NCBI GenBank assembly: GCA_018725345.1
Contig: QLUI01000001.1
Coordinates: forward strand, 1-34,340
Direction of reading: 5' to 3'
Source: Bacillota bacterium
GTDB taxonomy: Bacteria > Bacillota > Dethiobacteria > Dethiobacterales > Dethiobacteraceae
DNA: 34,340 nucleotides
Made by a program: the position numbers and the translations under genes. Positions within the stretch are counted from its first letter, which is position 1; every line of letters starts with the position of its first letter. Below the pieces are notes generated by a model, which saw nothing but the letters and a program-made list of their open reading frames with translations, ran no database searches and was not told the DNA's origin. Below are positions 8,521 to 17,922 of this stretch, in pieces.

Positions 8521-9771
8521 ATGGAAATGAATACTCTTTCCCAGATTGTTCCGGCGATGCAGAGCAAATTTATGCATCCGCTTGCCGGGAGTGGGCAGCA
8601 AGCAACTGGTTTTGCAGGCCTGCTTGCTAGCTTGCAGCAGCAGCCGGGGTTTGGTCCGGAAGTTGCCATTGTGGCTGCGCAATTGGCCGGCCAAGCAGAG
8701 CAGCAGGGCGCGTTGTCAAAATTGCTTGTCGCCTTACTGCCTCAAATGATGCCGCTGCAGACGCCTGAAGGCAGTGCATCGACTCTGCTTCAAGAAAATG
8801 GAGCAAGCGCCTGTGCGGCACTATGGTTGCCGGCGGTTTTGCTGGGATTGCCGCTTCAATCCCAGCAGTTTCCCGCCGGCGGTGCAAGTGGCAGAGCCTG
8901 TGCCGGTGGAACAACTGTCCTTTTCGGCAATGTGCTCCAGGCTGCAGCAGCGGCCAAACTGGGAGCGGAAAAGCTGCAGCCTGAAACTCCGGCGGCTGCG
9001 CTCCAAGATGCTGTAGTTGCTAAATTTGGGCTGGATTACTTACTGCCGGAGCCGGTGACGGCCATCTCCCAAGCAGCCTCAGTGGCCAAACAGGGAGCGG
9101 AAAATATTTTGTCGGAAACTTTGCCTGTGGAAAAAAATGCTGCGGCTGCAGACAAACCAGCGCTAGAAAAAGGAACACTGCTCCATTTGCAAACGGCAAA
9201 TAAAGAAGTCGCCGAGTTGCCTGTTTCCCGCATCAGCAAATCGGAGTCGCCATCAACAATTCAGGGCTCCTCAGCCTTGAGCTATCAGGCTTTTTCAGAT
9301 AGACCAGCGCTTACGGCAACAGCAGTTCGCTTTGCCGAGTCGCCACTTGGCCGGGTAGCGTTGGCGGAGCAGGTATTGGAAAAAATGGTATTTAGGAAAG
9401 ATTCGGAGGGAGATTCCACCTTGTCTGTCCGGCTTAGACCTGCGGCGCTTGGGGAGGTACAAATCAGCCTGCGTCTGGAAGAAGGCCGGTTAGTGGCAAG
9501 GATTGTGACGGAAAACCTGTATGTGAAGGAAGCGCTTGATGCCGCTCTTGGACAGGTAAAACAACGCCTGGAAGCGCAGCAGATTCAAGTGACGGAATTG
9601 ACGGTGACAGTAGACAGTCAGCAGGACTTTCGGCAGGACAGAACGTTTAATCCGTTCTGGCAGCAAACGGAAATTAAGGACAAACGACCTGCCATGGCAA
9701 CAATCGGTGAGGAAAGGGGGGGAGGGCAGCTTGTCAGTCAGCGTCAAGGGTTGATTGACGCCCGTGTCTAA
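8521..9771 (+). CDS. fliK: Flagellar hook-length control protein FliK
   Basis: Ala/Gln/Pro-rich N-terminal region. The C-terminal Flg_hook-type domain reads LSVRLRPAALGEVQISLRLEEGRLVARIVTENLYVKEALD. ATG 8521 lies 8 nt after a GAGGAGG SD; the ORF is open from GTG 8512. Confidence 0.85.
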   Translation: MEMNTLSQIVPAMQSKFMHPLAGSGQQATGFAGLLASLQQQPGFGPEVAIVAAQLAGQAEQQGALSKLLVALLPQMMPLQTPEGSASTLLQENGASACAALWLPAVLLGLPLQSQQFPAGGASGRACAGGTTVLFGNVLQAAAAAKLGAEKLQPETPAAALQDAVVAKFGLDYLLPEPVTAISQAASVAKQGAENILSETLPVEKNAAAADKPALEKGTLLHLQTANKEVAELPVSRISKSESPSTIQGSSALSYQAFSDRPALTATAVRFAESPLGRVALAEQVLEKMVFRKDSEGDSTLSVRLRPAALGEVQISLRLEEGRLVARIVTENLYVKEALDAALGQVKQRLEAQQIQVTELTVTVDSQQDFRQDRTFNPFWQQTEIKDKRPAMATIGEERGGGQLVSQRQGLIDARV

Positions 9772-9820
9772 TAGGTTATGGATAACTGCGAGTAATTACG
9801 ATAATGGAGGTAATAAACAG

Positions 9821-10261
9821 ATGACAGCGATAACGGCTTCAGGGGCCGCTCCGACAACGTCGACTAAAGCACAAGCTTCTACCGGTGCCATGCAAGCTCT
9901 GGGTAAAGATGTGTTTCTAAAACTGCTGGTGACACAATTGCGCTACCAGGATCCGTTGAAACCGCAAGATAATAGTGCCTTTGTTGCACAGATGGCGCAA
10001 TTTACTTCGCTAGAACAACTGCAGAATATTAATGCTACACTGGCACAGCTAGTGACAATGCAGTCCAAGGAGGCAAATAATTTTATCAGCAATGCTCCGG
10101 CATACTTGGGTTTAGTGGTCACCATGGCGGGAAAAGATGGTGAAATTGTTTCAGGTACGGTCAGTGCAGTGGAATACGAGCAAGGAAAACCTTTGCTGGT
10201 AATTGATGGTGTCCGCCATGGGCTTGAGAAGTTGTTGTCAGTTAGGGGCAGAGAAGCTTGA
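9821..10261 (+). CDS. flgD: Flagellar hook capping/assembly protein FlgD
   Basis: Contains LGKDVFLKLLVTQLRYQDPLKPQDNSAFVAQMAQFTSLEQL. ATG 9821 follows a GGAGG SD; the ORF-track start at 9755 is probably too long. Confidence 0.9.
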   Translation: MTAITASGAAPTTSTKAQASTGAMQALGKDVFLKLLVTQLRYQDPLKPQDNSAFVAQMAQFTSLEQLQNINATLAQLVTMQSKEANNFISNAPAYLGLVVTMAGKDGEIVSGTVSAVEYEQGKPLLVIDGVRHGLEKLLSVRGREA

Positions 10262-10353
10262 TAAAGCAATTTTTTTGGGTGACACAGTCTGAAAATTAGT
10301 TTCCCAGCGGTTGAGAAAGGGCAATGAATTAGTGTTAAAGCAGGTGGTGAAGA

Positions 10354-10755
10354 GTGATGAATTCAGGCAAGATCCGTTTTCCGGGACAAGTTGCGGCGCC
10401 CACCGTGGGGCAGGTTCCTCCCAAAGCGCCGCTTAGGCAAAATGGGGCAGGAGTGACACCTTTTGCTCAGCTTTGGCAGGAGACGCTGCAAAAGCAGGAA
10501 GCAGTAAAGTTTTCCGCCCATGCGCTGCAGCGGTTGCAGGAGAGACGGATTACGCTGGGAGAAAATGAACTGACTAGAATCAATCAGGCTGTCAGCGCAG
10601 CCGAGAAAAAGGGGGCGCGGTCTTCATTATTGTTGTATGAGGATTTGGCCTTGGTGGCAAGTGTAAAAAACAGAACAATTATAACCGCCCTAGGTGGCGA
10701 AGATATGCGCGCTCATGTTTTTACCAATATTGACAGCGCAGTAATTATTAAATAA
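10354..10755 (+). CDS. Flagellar operon protein of the family found between flgD and flgE in Firmicutes and spirochetes
   Basis: VKFSAHALQRLQERRITLGENELTRINQAV...LLLYEDLALVASVKNRTIITA plus conserved position. The start is GTG 10354 or ATG 10357. Confidence 0.6.
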   Translation: MMNSGKIRFPGQVAAPTVGQVPPKAPLRQNGAGVTPFAQLWQETLQKQEAVKFSAHALQRLQERRITLGENELTRINQAVSAAEKKGARSSLLLYEDLALVASVKNRTIITALGGEDMRAHVFTNIDSAVIIK

Positions 10756-10836
10756 GTGGCCGGACCTCTATTAGAGGAAGCCACGGTCGTGGAGTGAGAG
10801 AAGCGGCCAAACCCTCAAACTAAGGAGGTTAGCTTT

Positions 10837-12072
10837 ATGCAAAGATCATTGTTTGCGGCGGTAAGCGGTCTGCGCAATCATCAAGTTAAGATGGATGTGA
10901 TTGGCAACAATATCGCCAACGTTAATACGAGCGCCTTTAAAGGCGGGCGGGTTCGTTTTCAGGATATTTTGAGTCAAAATATTCGCGGCGCAAGTGCGCC
11001 CCAATTAGGCATGGGAGGAATCAATCCCGCTCAGGTGGGTCTAGGGATGAGTATCGGAGCCATCGACACGATTCATACTCAGGGGAGCCTGCAAAACACC
11101 GGACGGTCAACAGATTTGGCTATTCAAGGTAACGGCTTCTTTGTGATGAGTAATGGCACAAGCCAGTTTTATACGCGGGACGGAGCCTTTTCAGTGGGCG
11201 CCGACGGAGAACTGGTAAACGCAGCCAGCGGCTTTAAGCCGTTGGGCTGGGCAGCCGATGCTGCCGGAAATATCGATACCACTTCTCCGCTGCGTGCGCT
11301 TAATATCCCAATCGGCAACCGTGTTAACACCCGGGCTACCGAGAACCTGGTTTTAGGCGGCAACTTGAACGCGTTGGCTGCCATCCCAGGCCCGCCGCCT
11401 GCTCCACCCTCACATACTACTGAAGTGTTAGCCTATGACTCCCAAGGCGGGATGCATACTATCGCTATAGCGTTTAGCAAGACAGCAAGCAACGCTTGGA
11501 GCTGGACGGCTACCAGCGGTGCTCTTCCCATGACTGGCAGCAGTGGTACGCTGACTTTCGCTGCAACCGGCAATCTTACAGCTTCTACAGGTGGTCCTAT
11601 TGCTTTCTCTCCGCCGGGGGTTGCACCGCTTAGCATCGCCCCTGATTTCTCGGGGCTTACCCAGGTGGTGGGTCGAAGCAGCGCGCTGGTTCGTTCCCAA
11701 GATGGATTTCGCGTGGGCGAACTGGAGAGCTTTATGATTGGCAATACCGGGGTGATTAACGGTGTTTACAGCAATGGCTTGGTGGTTGCCTTAGGACAGG
11801 TGGCTCTCGCCGGTTTCCCGAACCCGGAAGGATTGCAGAAGGCGGCGGCAAATATGTTTCAGCTTTCCGCCAACTCAGGGCTGCCTCGTATCGGCGGTGC
11901 TGGTCTTGAGGGACGGGGAACTATTGAAACGGCTTCGCTGGAAATGTCCAATGTGGATCTGTCTGTGGAATTTACGGAAATGATTACCACTTCCCGGGCA
12001 TTCCAGGCTAATTCCCGGATGATTTCCGCCTCAGATGATCTGTTGCAGGAAGTTGTTAACCTGAAGCGTTAA
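10837..12072 (+). CDS. flgE: Flagellar hook protein FlgE
   Basis: N-terminus MQRSLFAAVSGLRNHQVKMDVIGNNIANVNTSAFK. C-terminus LEMSNVDLSVEFTEMITTSRAFQANSRMISASDDLLQEVVNLKR. Confidence 0.93.
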   Translation: MQRSLFAAVSGLRNHQVKMDVIGNNIANVNTSAFKGGRVRFQDILSQNIRGASAPQLGMGGINPAQVGLGMSIGAIDTIHTQGSLQNTGRSTDLAIQGNGFFVMSNGTSQFYTRDGAFSVGADGELVNAASGFKPLGWAADAAGNIDTTSPLRALNIPIGNRVNTRATENLVLGGNLNALAAIPGPPPAPPSHTTEVLAYDSQGGMHTIAIAFSKTASNAWSWTATSGALPMTGSSGTLTFAATGNLTASTGGPIAFSPPGVAPLSIAPDFSGLTQVVGRSSALVRSQDGFRVGELESFMIGNTGVINGVYSNGLVVALGQVALAGFPNPEGLQKAAANMFQLSANSGLPRIGGAGLEGRGTIETASLEMSNVDLSVEFTEMITTSRAFQANSRMISASDDLLQEVVNLKR

Positions 12073-12092
12073 GCACATGAGGTGAACTGACT

Positions 12093-12923
12093 ATGGGACA
12101 ACGCATGGATGCTATGACTATTTTGGGGATAGGCTTGGGCCTATCCCTAGTGCTAGGCTCCATCGCCTTAGGCGGAAGCATGATGCTTTTTTGGAGTTTT
12201 CCCTCGCTGATGATTACGGTGGGAGGTTCCTTTGCTGCGCTCTTAATCAGTTTTCAGATGCAGCAAATCAGCATGGTCGTTCGGGTAACAAAAAATGCTT
12301 TCTTTAGCGAAGTTGGAGATATCGGCGAGTTGATTCAACTTTTTGTTCGTCTTGGGCAAAAGGCGCGGCGGGAAGGGCTGCTGGCTCTTGAAGATGATTT
12401 GACCGCTCTCGATGACTCCTTTCTTGTCAACGGACTGCAAATGGTGATTGACGGGCTGGATCCCGCTATAGTCAGGGATATAATGGATACGGAAATTGCT
12501 TCCACCGCCACACGACACCGGCTTGGTCAAGATGTGTTTCGGACGTGGGGTTCACTGGCGCCGGCTTTTGGGATGATTGGCACGCTGATTGGCTTGATTC
12601 AAATGTTGGCTAATTTGCATGATCCTGCCGCAATCGGACCCGGGATGGCGTTGGCTCTCTTAACCACCTTCTACGGCGCATTGATGGCCAATCTGCTTTT
12701 TATTCCCTTGGCCGGTAAGCTGGCCATCCGCTCCGATGCTGAAATAGCTTTGAAGGAGGCGGTGGTGGAGGGTATCCTTGCTATTCAGGCCGGAACAAAC
12801 CCGCGCATTTTGCAGGAGAAAATGAAGGCTTTCGCCTCGCCCAGCCAGCGTGAAAAAATGCAGCGCAAAAACTCTGAGCAGGTAGCAGAGAGCGGCGAAG
12901 AAGTGGTTTACGACAATGCCTAA
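12093..12923 (+). CDS. motA: Flagellar stator protein MotA family
   Basis: Four-TM MotA/TolQ/ExbB-type protein with APAFGMIGTLIGLIQML...ALLTTFYGALMANLLFIPLAGKL. Confidence 0.9.
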   Translation: MGQRMDAMTILGIGLGLSLVLGSIALGGSMMLFWSFPSLMITVGGSFAALLISFQMQQISMVVRVTKNAFFSEVGDIGELIQLFVRLGQKARREGLLALEDDLTALDDSFLVNGLQMVIDGLDPAIVRDIMDTEIASTATRHRLGQDVFRTWGSLAPAFGMIGTLIGLIQMLANLHDPAAIGPGMALALLTTFYGALMANLLFIPLAGKLAIRSDAEIALKEAVVEGILAIQAGTNPRILQEKMKAFASPSQREKMQRKNSEQVAESGEEVVYDNA

Positions 12924-13653
12924 AAAAAAGCTGGAGCGGCCTCAAGTTATCGGTGCCCCGGCGTGGATGACTACTTACGGTGATATGGTGACTTTGCTGC
13001 TGGCGTTTTTCGTGCTGCTTTATTCTTTCTCTGTGATCGACGTCCAGAAATTTCAGCAGATCATCTCATCCATTCAAATTTCTTTTTTGGGACAGCAAGG
13101 AATTATGGAGACGGCGCTTGACCCTTCCCGGGGTGAGATGATTGAACTGGCTGTGGACCATAAGTTTGAGGACGTACTAGTGACGTATCAGGAGGTCAAG
13201 GAAGATCTGCGACAAGAAGGTCTGGAAGGGATGATCAAAATGCGTATCGAGGAGCGCGGGGTAGTGCTGGAAATTCAGGATCAGATTTTGTTTGATTCCG
13301 GTAGGGCGGAAATCAGGCAGGAAGCGCAAGTATTGTTGCAGAAAGTAGCAGGGATTATTGCAGAAGTGCCTAATCAGATTATTGTGGAGGGCCATACCGA
13401 CAATGTGCCGATAAATACAGCGCAATTTCCATCGAACTGGGAGCTTTCCGTGAGCAGAGCCGTCCGAGTCGTGCGTTTTTTCAGTGAGCAGCAAAAGCTG
13501 CCTGCAAAGCGCTTTATCGCAAGCGGGTACGGTGAATTTCAACCTTTGGCAACAAATTTGACGGTTGCCGGGCGCGCACAAAACCGTCGGGTCAATATTA
13601 TTATTTCAGACCTAAACTTGTTGGACGGGGAGACGAGGCAGAATGAGCAGTGA
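12916..13653 (+). CDS. motB: Flagellar stator protein MotB family (OmpA-like peptidoglycan-binding domain)
   Basis: APAWMTTYGDMVTLLLAFFVLL carries the conserved Asp in the TM segment. The C-terminal region reads EGHTDNVPI...NWELSVSRAVRVVRFF...NRRVNIII. Confidence 0.9.
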   Translation: MPKKKLERPQVIGAPAWMTTYGDMVTLLLAFFVLLYSFSVIDVQKFQQIISSIQISFLGQQGIMETALDPSRGEMIELAVDHKFEDVLVTYQEVKEDLRQEGLEGMIKMRIEERGVVLEIQDQILFDSGRAEIRQEAQVLLQKVAGIIAEVPNQIIVEGHTDNVPINTAQFPSNWELSVSRAVRVVRFFSEQQKLPAKRFIASGYGEFQPLATNLTVAGRAQNRRVNIIISDLNLLDGETRQNEQ

Positions 13654-14107
13654 AAAAACAGATAGACAACCAGGAAAAAGCAAAACAAAACTGCTGCTCC
13701 TAGCGATAGTGGTCTTGGCTTTGCTGGGCGGGGGGCTTGGCTTTTATACCTTTTTTGTACAAGCCAATCAAGATGAGGGCGCTAATCTGCCGGCGAAAGA
13801 AGAACCTTTGCTGATGCACGGGCCGCAGGATTTTACGGTCAATATGTCCGACAGGGCACAGCGTCGTTACCTGAAAGCAACTATTGTCTTGGGGTATGCA
13901 GATGAAAAAATGTCGCGCGAGTTAGAGCAGCGCAGTGTGCAGATCCGCGACGTGGTCATCAAGGTGCTGCGCAGTTTTTCTACGGAAGACATGGCTACCG
14001 TAGAGGGAGTCGCCAGACTGCGGGCGGAGCTGATCAAAAATTTAAATACCCTTTTGACCAGCGGAGAAATTAAAGAAATCTATTTTACTGACTTGCTCGT
14101 TCAGTAA
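13643..14107 (+). CDS. fliL: Flagellar basal body-associated protein FliL
   Basis: Single TM segment followed by FTVNMSD...RYLKATIVLGY...IRDVVIKVL...LRAELIKNLN...IKEIYFTDLLVQ. Confidence 0.88.
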   Translation: MSSEKTDRQPGKSKTKLLLLAIVVLALLGGGLGFYTFFVQANQDEGANLPAKEEPLLMHGPQDFTVNMSDRAQRRYLKATIVLGYADEKMSRELEQRSVQIRDVVIKVLRSFSTEDMATVEGVARLRAELIKNLNTLLTSGEIKEIYFTDLLVQ

Positions 14108-14128
14108 GCGCATGCGGAGGGTGGACTT

Positions 14129-14590
14129 GTGTCTTCTTTTTTGTCGGCTAAGGAAATAGAAGTGTTGCTTAAGCGGCTAAATCCCGAGGAAGAACTTAAC
14201 AAAAACAGGGAAGAAGCAGAGCAGCAGGCGCAAACACGGCTTGCGGAGCTGAAAAAAATGCCTCTACTGGAGGTGGAGCAGGTAGAGTTTCCGGAACTAC
14301 GGAAGAGTACCGGTGACGAAAAATGCAGGGAAGTTGGTTTCTTTAGTGTTGTAACGGTTAGTTTAGCGCTTGAATTGGGTGGTGTCACGCTGAAAGTGCG
14401 GGAGATACTTTCGCTGCAGAAAAATTCGATAATTAGATTAGATAAGCTGGCGGGAGAAAATATTTCTCTTTGTGTTAACGGCAAGCCGTTAGCAAGCGGC
14501 GAAGTTGTGGTTATCAATGATAATTTTGCTTTTCGGGTAGCCCGCTTGGGTGAAAAACCTGCAGACTCAGAGGAAATGGGGCAAGTGTGA
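14129..14590 (+). CDS. Small FliN-family (SpoA domain) switch protein paralog
   Basis: The C-terminus VTLKVREILSLQKNSIIRLDKLAGENISLCVNGKPLASGEVVVINDNFAFRVARL is a FliN/SpoA surface-presentation-of-antigens domain. The N-terminus LSAKEIEVLL resembles the LSQxEIDxLL CheY-P-binding peptide. Confidence 0.75.
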   Translation: MSSFLSAKEIEVLLKRLNPEEELNKNREEAEQQAQTRLAELKKMPLLEVEQVEFPELRKSTGDEKCREVGFFSVVTVSLALELGGVTLKVREILSLQKNSIIRLDKLAGENISLCVNGKPLASGEVVVINDNFAFRVARLGEKPADSEEMGQV

Positions 14591-15021
14591 TGGATAGTTT
14601 TCTGACATTTTTGCGCGTGCTGTTTTCTCTGTTGTTCGTGTTGGCTCTAGCATGGTGGTGTACGCGCTATGGATTGCCATTGCTGCAAGGGACTCAAACG
14701 AGGCGAAAAAGTAACGTGACGGTGTTGGAACGGATTCCGCTTGGGATGCGTGGAGCACTTTGTCTGGTGAAGGTGGGAGAGCGTTTTCTGTTAATCGGTC
14801 TGACGCCGGCAAAGATAGAACGCCTGGCAGAGATCCCTGCAAGTGAGCTTCATTTGCTAGATGGAGAACCTCCCCTTCCTCCGGACTTTGCGGCAATTCT
14901 AGCAAAGAGCAAGGCAAAAACGAGCAATTTGAGCAGGCAGATTATGAGCCGAGCTCGACGGGTAAAAGAGAGGAAAGACCAGGAACATGATCATCCGCAA
15001 GAAAAAGACCATCATTCTTAG
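14587..15021 (+). CDS. fliO: Flagellar biosynthesis protein FliO (FliZ)
   Basis: N-terminal TM segment followed by VTVLERIPLGMRGALCLVKVGERFLLIGLTPAKIERL. Position before fliP. Confidence 0.8.
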   Translation: MMDSFLTFLRVLFSLLFVLALAWWCTRYGLPLLQGTQTRRKSNVTVLERIPLGMRGALCLVKVGERFLLIGLTPAKIERLAEIPASELHLLDGEPPLPPDFAAILAKSKAKTSNLSRQIMSRARRVKERKDQEHDHPQEKDHHS

Positions 15022-15760
15022 TCTGATCATATTTTTTTTGGTAACACTGTTGCCTGCGCCGCAACTTTTTGCTCAGCCTGCTATTCCTATCCCGAATCTT
15101 AAGCTTGAGCTTGGCACAGCCACCGAACCGGAGCAGGTGGTGGGTTCGCTCCAACTGTTGCTGCTGCTTACCATCCTGACGCTTGTTCCCGCCATTTTGG
15201 CATTGATGACATCGTTTACCAGGACTGTTATCGTGCTCTCTTTTGTTCGTAGTGCTTTGGGTACCCAACAGATTCCGCCAAATCAGGTCTTGATCGGTCT
15301 GGCGTTATTTTTAACATTTTTTATCATGGCTCCTGTTTACCAACAGGTAAATACGATGGCGATTCAGCCCTACCTTGCAGCTGAGATCGATTTTAATAAA
15401 ATGACGACTGTGGCAATGCAGCCTATGCGCGAATTTATGTTCCGTCATACGCGAGAAAAGGATTTAGCCCTTTTTGTAAATATTGCCAACGCTGAAAGGC
15501 CCAGCTCACGCGATGATGTGGCATTGCACGTCTTAATTCCCGCTTTTGTGATTTCTGAACTGAAAACAGCATTTCAGATGGGGTTTATGATTTTTATTCC
15601 CTTTCTGGTGATAGATATGGTCGTGGCAAGCGCATTAATGTCAATGGGAATGTTTATGCTACCGCCTGTCATGGTTTCTTTGCCCTTTAAATTGTTGTTA
15701 TTTGTGATGGTTGACGGCTGGCATTTGGTGGTTCAGTCTTTGGTTGAAAGTTTCGCATAG
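14987..15760 (+). CDS. fliP: Flagellar export apparatus protein FliP
   Basis: LLLLTILTLVPAILALMTSFTRTVIVLSFVRSALGTQQIPPNQVLIGLALFLTFFIMAPV is the canonical FliP pattern. Confidence 0.93.
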   Translation: MIIRKKKTIILSLIIFFLVTLLPAPQLFAQPAIPIPNLKLELGTATEPEQVVGSLQLLLLLTILTLVPAILALMTSFTRTVIVLSFVRSALGTQQIPPNQVLIGLALFLTFFIMAPVYQQVNTMAIQPYLAAEIDFNKMTTVAMQPMREFMFRHTREKDLALFVNIANAERPSSRDDVALHVLIPAFVISELKTAFQMGFMIFIPFLVIDMVVASALMSMGMFMLPPVMVSLPFKLLLFVMVDGWHLVVQSLVESFA

Positions 15761-15767
15761 GACGGGG

Positions 15768-16046
15768 ATGATAACTATCTCTCAAGAGCTTGTCCTGGCA
15801 GTTGCCCGGGAGGCAGTCTTAGCCACTTTGTATATTTCTGCTCCGGTGCTCATTGTAAGCCTGGTTGTCGGTCTTAGTGTCAGCGTGTTTCAAGCTACCA
15901 CACAGATTCAGGAACCTACGTTAACATTTGTACCGAAAATCGTCGCCGTGTTCATCAGCATGCTGGTTTTTGGTGGCTGGATGCTTACCATGCTGATCCA
16001 ACTCACAATCAGTATTTTTGCTCATCTAGGCACCTTTGGGTCATAG
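15768..16046 (+). CDS. fliQ: Flagellar export apparatus protein FliQ
   Basis: 92 aa counted from ATG 15768 (GGGG SD). Contains PVLIVSLVVGLSVSVFQATTQIQEPTLTFVPKI. The ORF-track start at 15711 overlaps fliP and is probably too long. Confidence 0.9.
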   Translation: MITISQELVLAVAREAVLATLYISAPVLIVSLVVGLSVSVFQATTQIQEPTLTFVPKIVAVFISMLVFGGWMLTMLIQLTISIFAHLGTFGS

Positions 16047-16052
16047 TAGCAG

Positions 16053-16814
16053 ATGACACTCGAGCAATGGACCGTCTATTTTTTGCTTTTCACTCGCTTC
16101 ACAGCCCTGATTGCGGTGCTCCCTTTCTTTACCTGGCAAGGCATCCCGACGCTGGCAAAAGTGGGGTTTGCCGGCATGCTGGCGTTACTGATTTTTCTCG
16201 CTAATCCTCCCGGCTCGCCTGAACTGCCGCCACACTTTATTGCTTATCTTTTGGCGGTGGGTTCGGAAGTGCTCTTTGGTTTGACTTTGGGTTTTTTGGT
16301 GTTGCTAATCTTTAGCGCCGCCAGACTTGCGGGACAGTTGGTGGATATGCAGTCAGGCTTAATGATGGCCTCCATTTTCGATCCACAGTTTGGCAGCCAG
16401 GTAACTATTTTTGAACAGTTTTATTATCTGTTTGCCTTAGTTTTTTATCTCTCGCTCAGCGGGCACCATCAGCTATTTTTGGCTTTGTCACGTTCTGTTG
16501 AAATAATTCCACCGGGTAGCGTAGTTTTTTCTCCGCATTTAATCCCGCAATTTATGCAGTTTATTTTTGAGATGTTTTCGATAGCGTTTCAACTGGCGGC
16601 GCCTGTCGTTGCAGTTTTGATCTTTACCGATCTGGCGCTCGGGTTGCTATCTAAAACGGCTCCCCAAATACATGTCTTTATGGAGGGGATGCCGTTAAAG
16701 GTGGGGGTTGCGTTATTTATCGTTTATCTGATTTTTCCGTACCTTGCAAGTCTGATGATAACTGTATTTGCTCGCATGCAGAGTCAGATTGCCACGCTCT
16801 TTGGCCTATTTTAA
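16053..16814 (+). CDS. fliR: Flagellar export apparatus protein FliR
   Basis: 253-aa polytopic membrane protein with ARLAGQLVDMQSGLMMASIFDPQFGSQVTIFEQF. Confidence 0.9.
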   Translation: MTLEQWTVYFLLFTRFTALIAVLPFFTWQGIPTLAKVGFAGMLALLIFLANPPGSPELPPHFIAYLLAVGSEVLFGLTLGFLVLLIFSAARLAGQLVDMQSGLMMASIFDPQFGSQVTIFEQFYYLFALVFYLSLSGHHQLFLALSRSVEIIPPGSVVFSPHLIPQFMQFIFEMFSIAFQLAAPVVAVLIFTDLALGLLSKTAPQIHVFMEGMPLKVGVALFIVYLIFPYLASLMITVFARMQSQIATLFGLF

Positions 16815-16822
16815 CTGCTTTT

Positions 16823-17887
16823 TTGCAACTCGACCTGCAGCTTTTTGCGGAAGGGGACAAAACTGAAGACGCCACTCCGCAGCGCCGGCAGGAAGCGCGC
16901 AAAAAGGGTCAGGTAGTTAAGTCGGCAGAATTAAATTCTGCGGTTAACTTGCTGGCTGTAACAGTTTTTTTTATAGCCGCTGGAGAATTATTGTTTGCCT
17001 ATTTTAGCCAGATGACAGTCCGCTATTTGCTCATGGGCGGCGAGGTGTTGACGCCTGGCAACATCGGCAGACTCACTTTGGCCGTACTTGGAGATTACTT
17101 TATGTTGACGTTGCCACTGTTTTTCACTGCTCTGCTGACCGGTCTGCTGGTCAACTATCTGCAGGTAGGCTTTCTCTTCACCACGGAACCGCTTAACCCC
17201 CAGTTAAGCCGGATGAATCCGGTGGAAGGTTTTAAAAAAAGTTTTTCTAAACGGTCGATCTTTGAACTGGTTAAGTTGCTGCTGAAAATGTCGCTGGTGG
17301 GAATTGTAGTGTTTCTCTTTATCCGTAACAACCTGGAAACGCTGCTCCTCACGCTTTACCAGGACGCCGGCGGCCTGTGGGAAACAATCAGCTCGCTTAC
17401 CTTGAGCATGTCGCTAAGAATTGCCGCAGTTTTTTTCGCCCTTTCGCTGATGGACTATCTTTATCAGCGTTATGAGCATAACCAGAATCTGAAAATGACT
17501 AAGCAGGAAGTCAAAGAAGAATTCAAGCAGGCTGAAGGAGATCCGCAACTGCGGAGCCGTTTACGAGAGCAGCGGCGCAAAATCGCCATGCAACGCATGA
17601 TGCAGGATGTGCCCAGTGCCACAGTAGTAATTACTAATCCTACTGCCTTGGCGGTTGCAGTCCGCTACCGGGAGGCAGAGGATGAAGCGCCGGTGGTGGT
17701 CGCAAAAGGGGCTGCGCTGATGGCAAAAAGGATCCGCGATCTGGCAGCGGAACACGGCGTTTCGCTGGTGGAAAATAAACAGGTGGCAAGAATGCTTTAT
17801 GACCAGGTGGAGATCGGGCAGGAAATCCCGCTGGAACTTTACCAAGCTGTGGCAGAGATTCTGGCGCTTGTGTATAAGCTGCGCTGA
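16823..17887 (+). CDS. flhB: Flagellar export switch protein FlhB
   Basis: N-terminus LQLFAEGDKTEDATPQRRQEARKKGQV. Also MTKQEVKEEFKQAEGDPQLRSRLRE. The autocleavage region reads NPTA rather than NPTH. Confidence 0.92.
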   Translation: MQLDLQLFAEGDKTEDATPQRRQEARKKGQVVKSAELNSAVNLLAVTVFFIAAGELLFAYFSQMTVRYLLMGGEVLTPGNIGRLTLAVLGDYFMLTLPLFFTALLTGLLVNYLQVGFLFTTEPLNPQLSRMNPVEGFKKSFSKRSIFELVKLLLKMSLVGIVVFLFIRNNLETLLLTLYQDAGGLWETISSLTLSMSLRIAAVFFALSLMDYLYQRYEHNQNLKMTKQEVKEEFKQAEGDPQLRSRLREQRRKIAMQRMMQDVPSATVVITNPTALAVAVRYREAEDEAPVVVAKGAALMAKRIRDLAAEHGVSLVENKQVARMLYDQVEIGQEIPLELYQAVAEILALVYKLR

Positions 17888-17922
17888 GACGGGACTGCTA
17901 ACTTTGAGAGGATGGCATAATC

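Noticed and set aside
10340-10370. The short matches ggtgaagag and atgaattcagg near the 10354 gene start also occur in the IscB right-end repeat
   Set aside because: The two short words are in the opposite order and at different spacing from the element end, and there is no extended homology. This is most likely chance plus SD-like sequence.
12073-12092. An flbD gene expected between flgE and motA, and cheY expected near fliM/fliY
   Set aside because: Only a 20-nt gap separates flgE from motA, and no CheY-like receiver ORF occurs in the window. These genes are absent here rather than hidden, and they may lie elsewhere in the genome.
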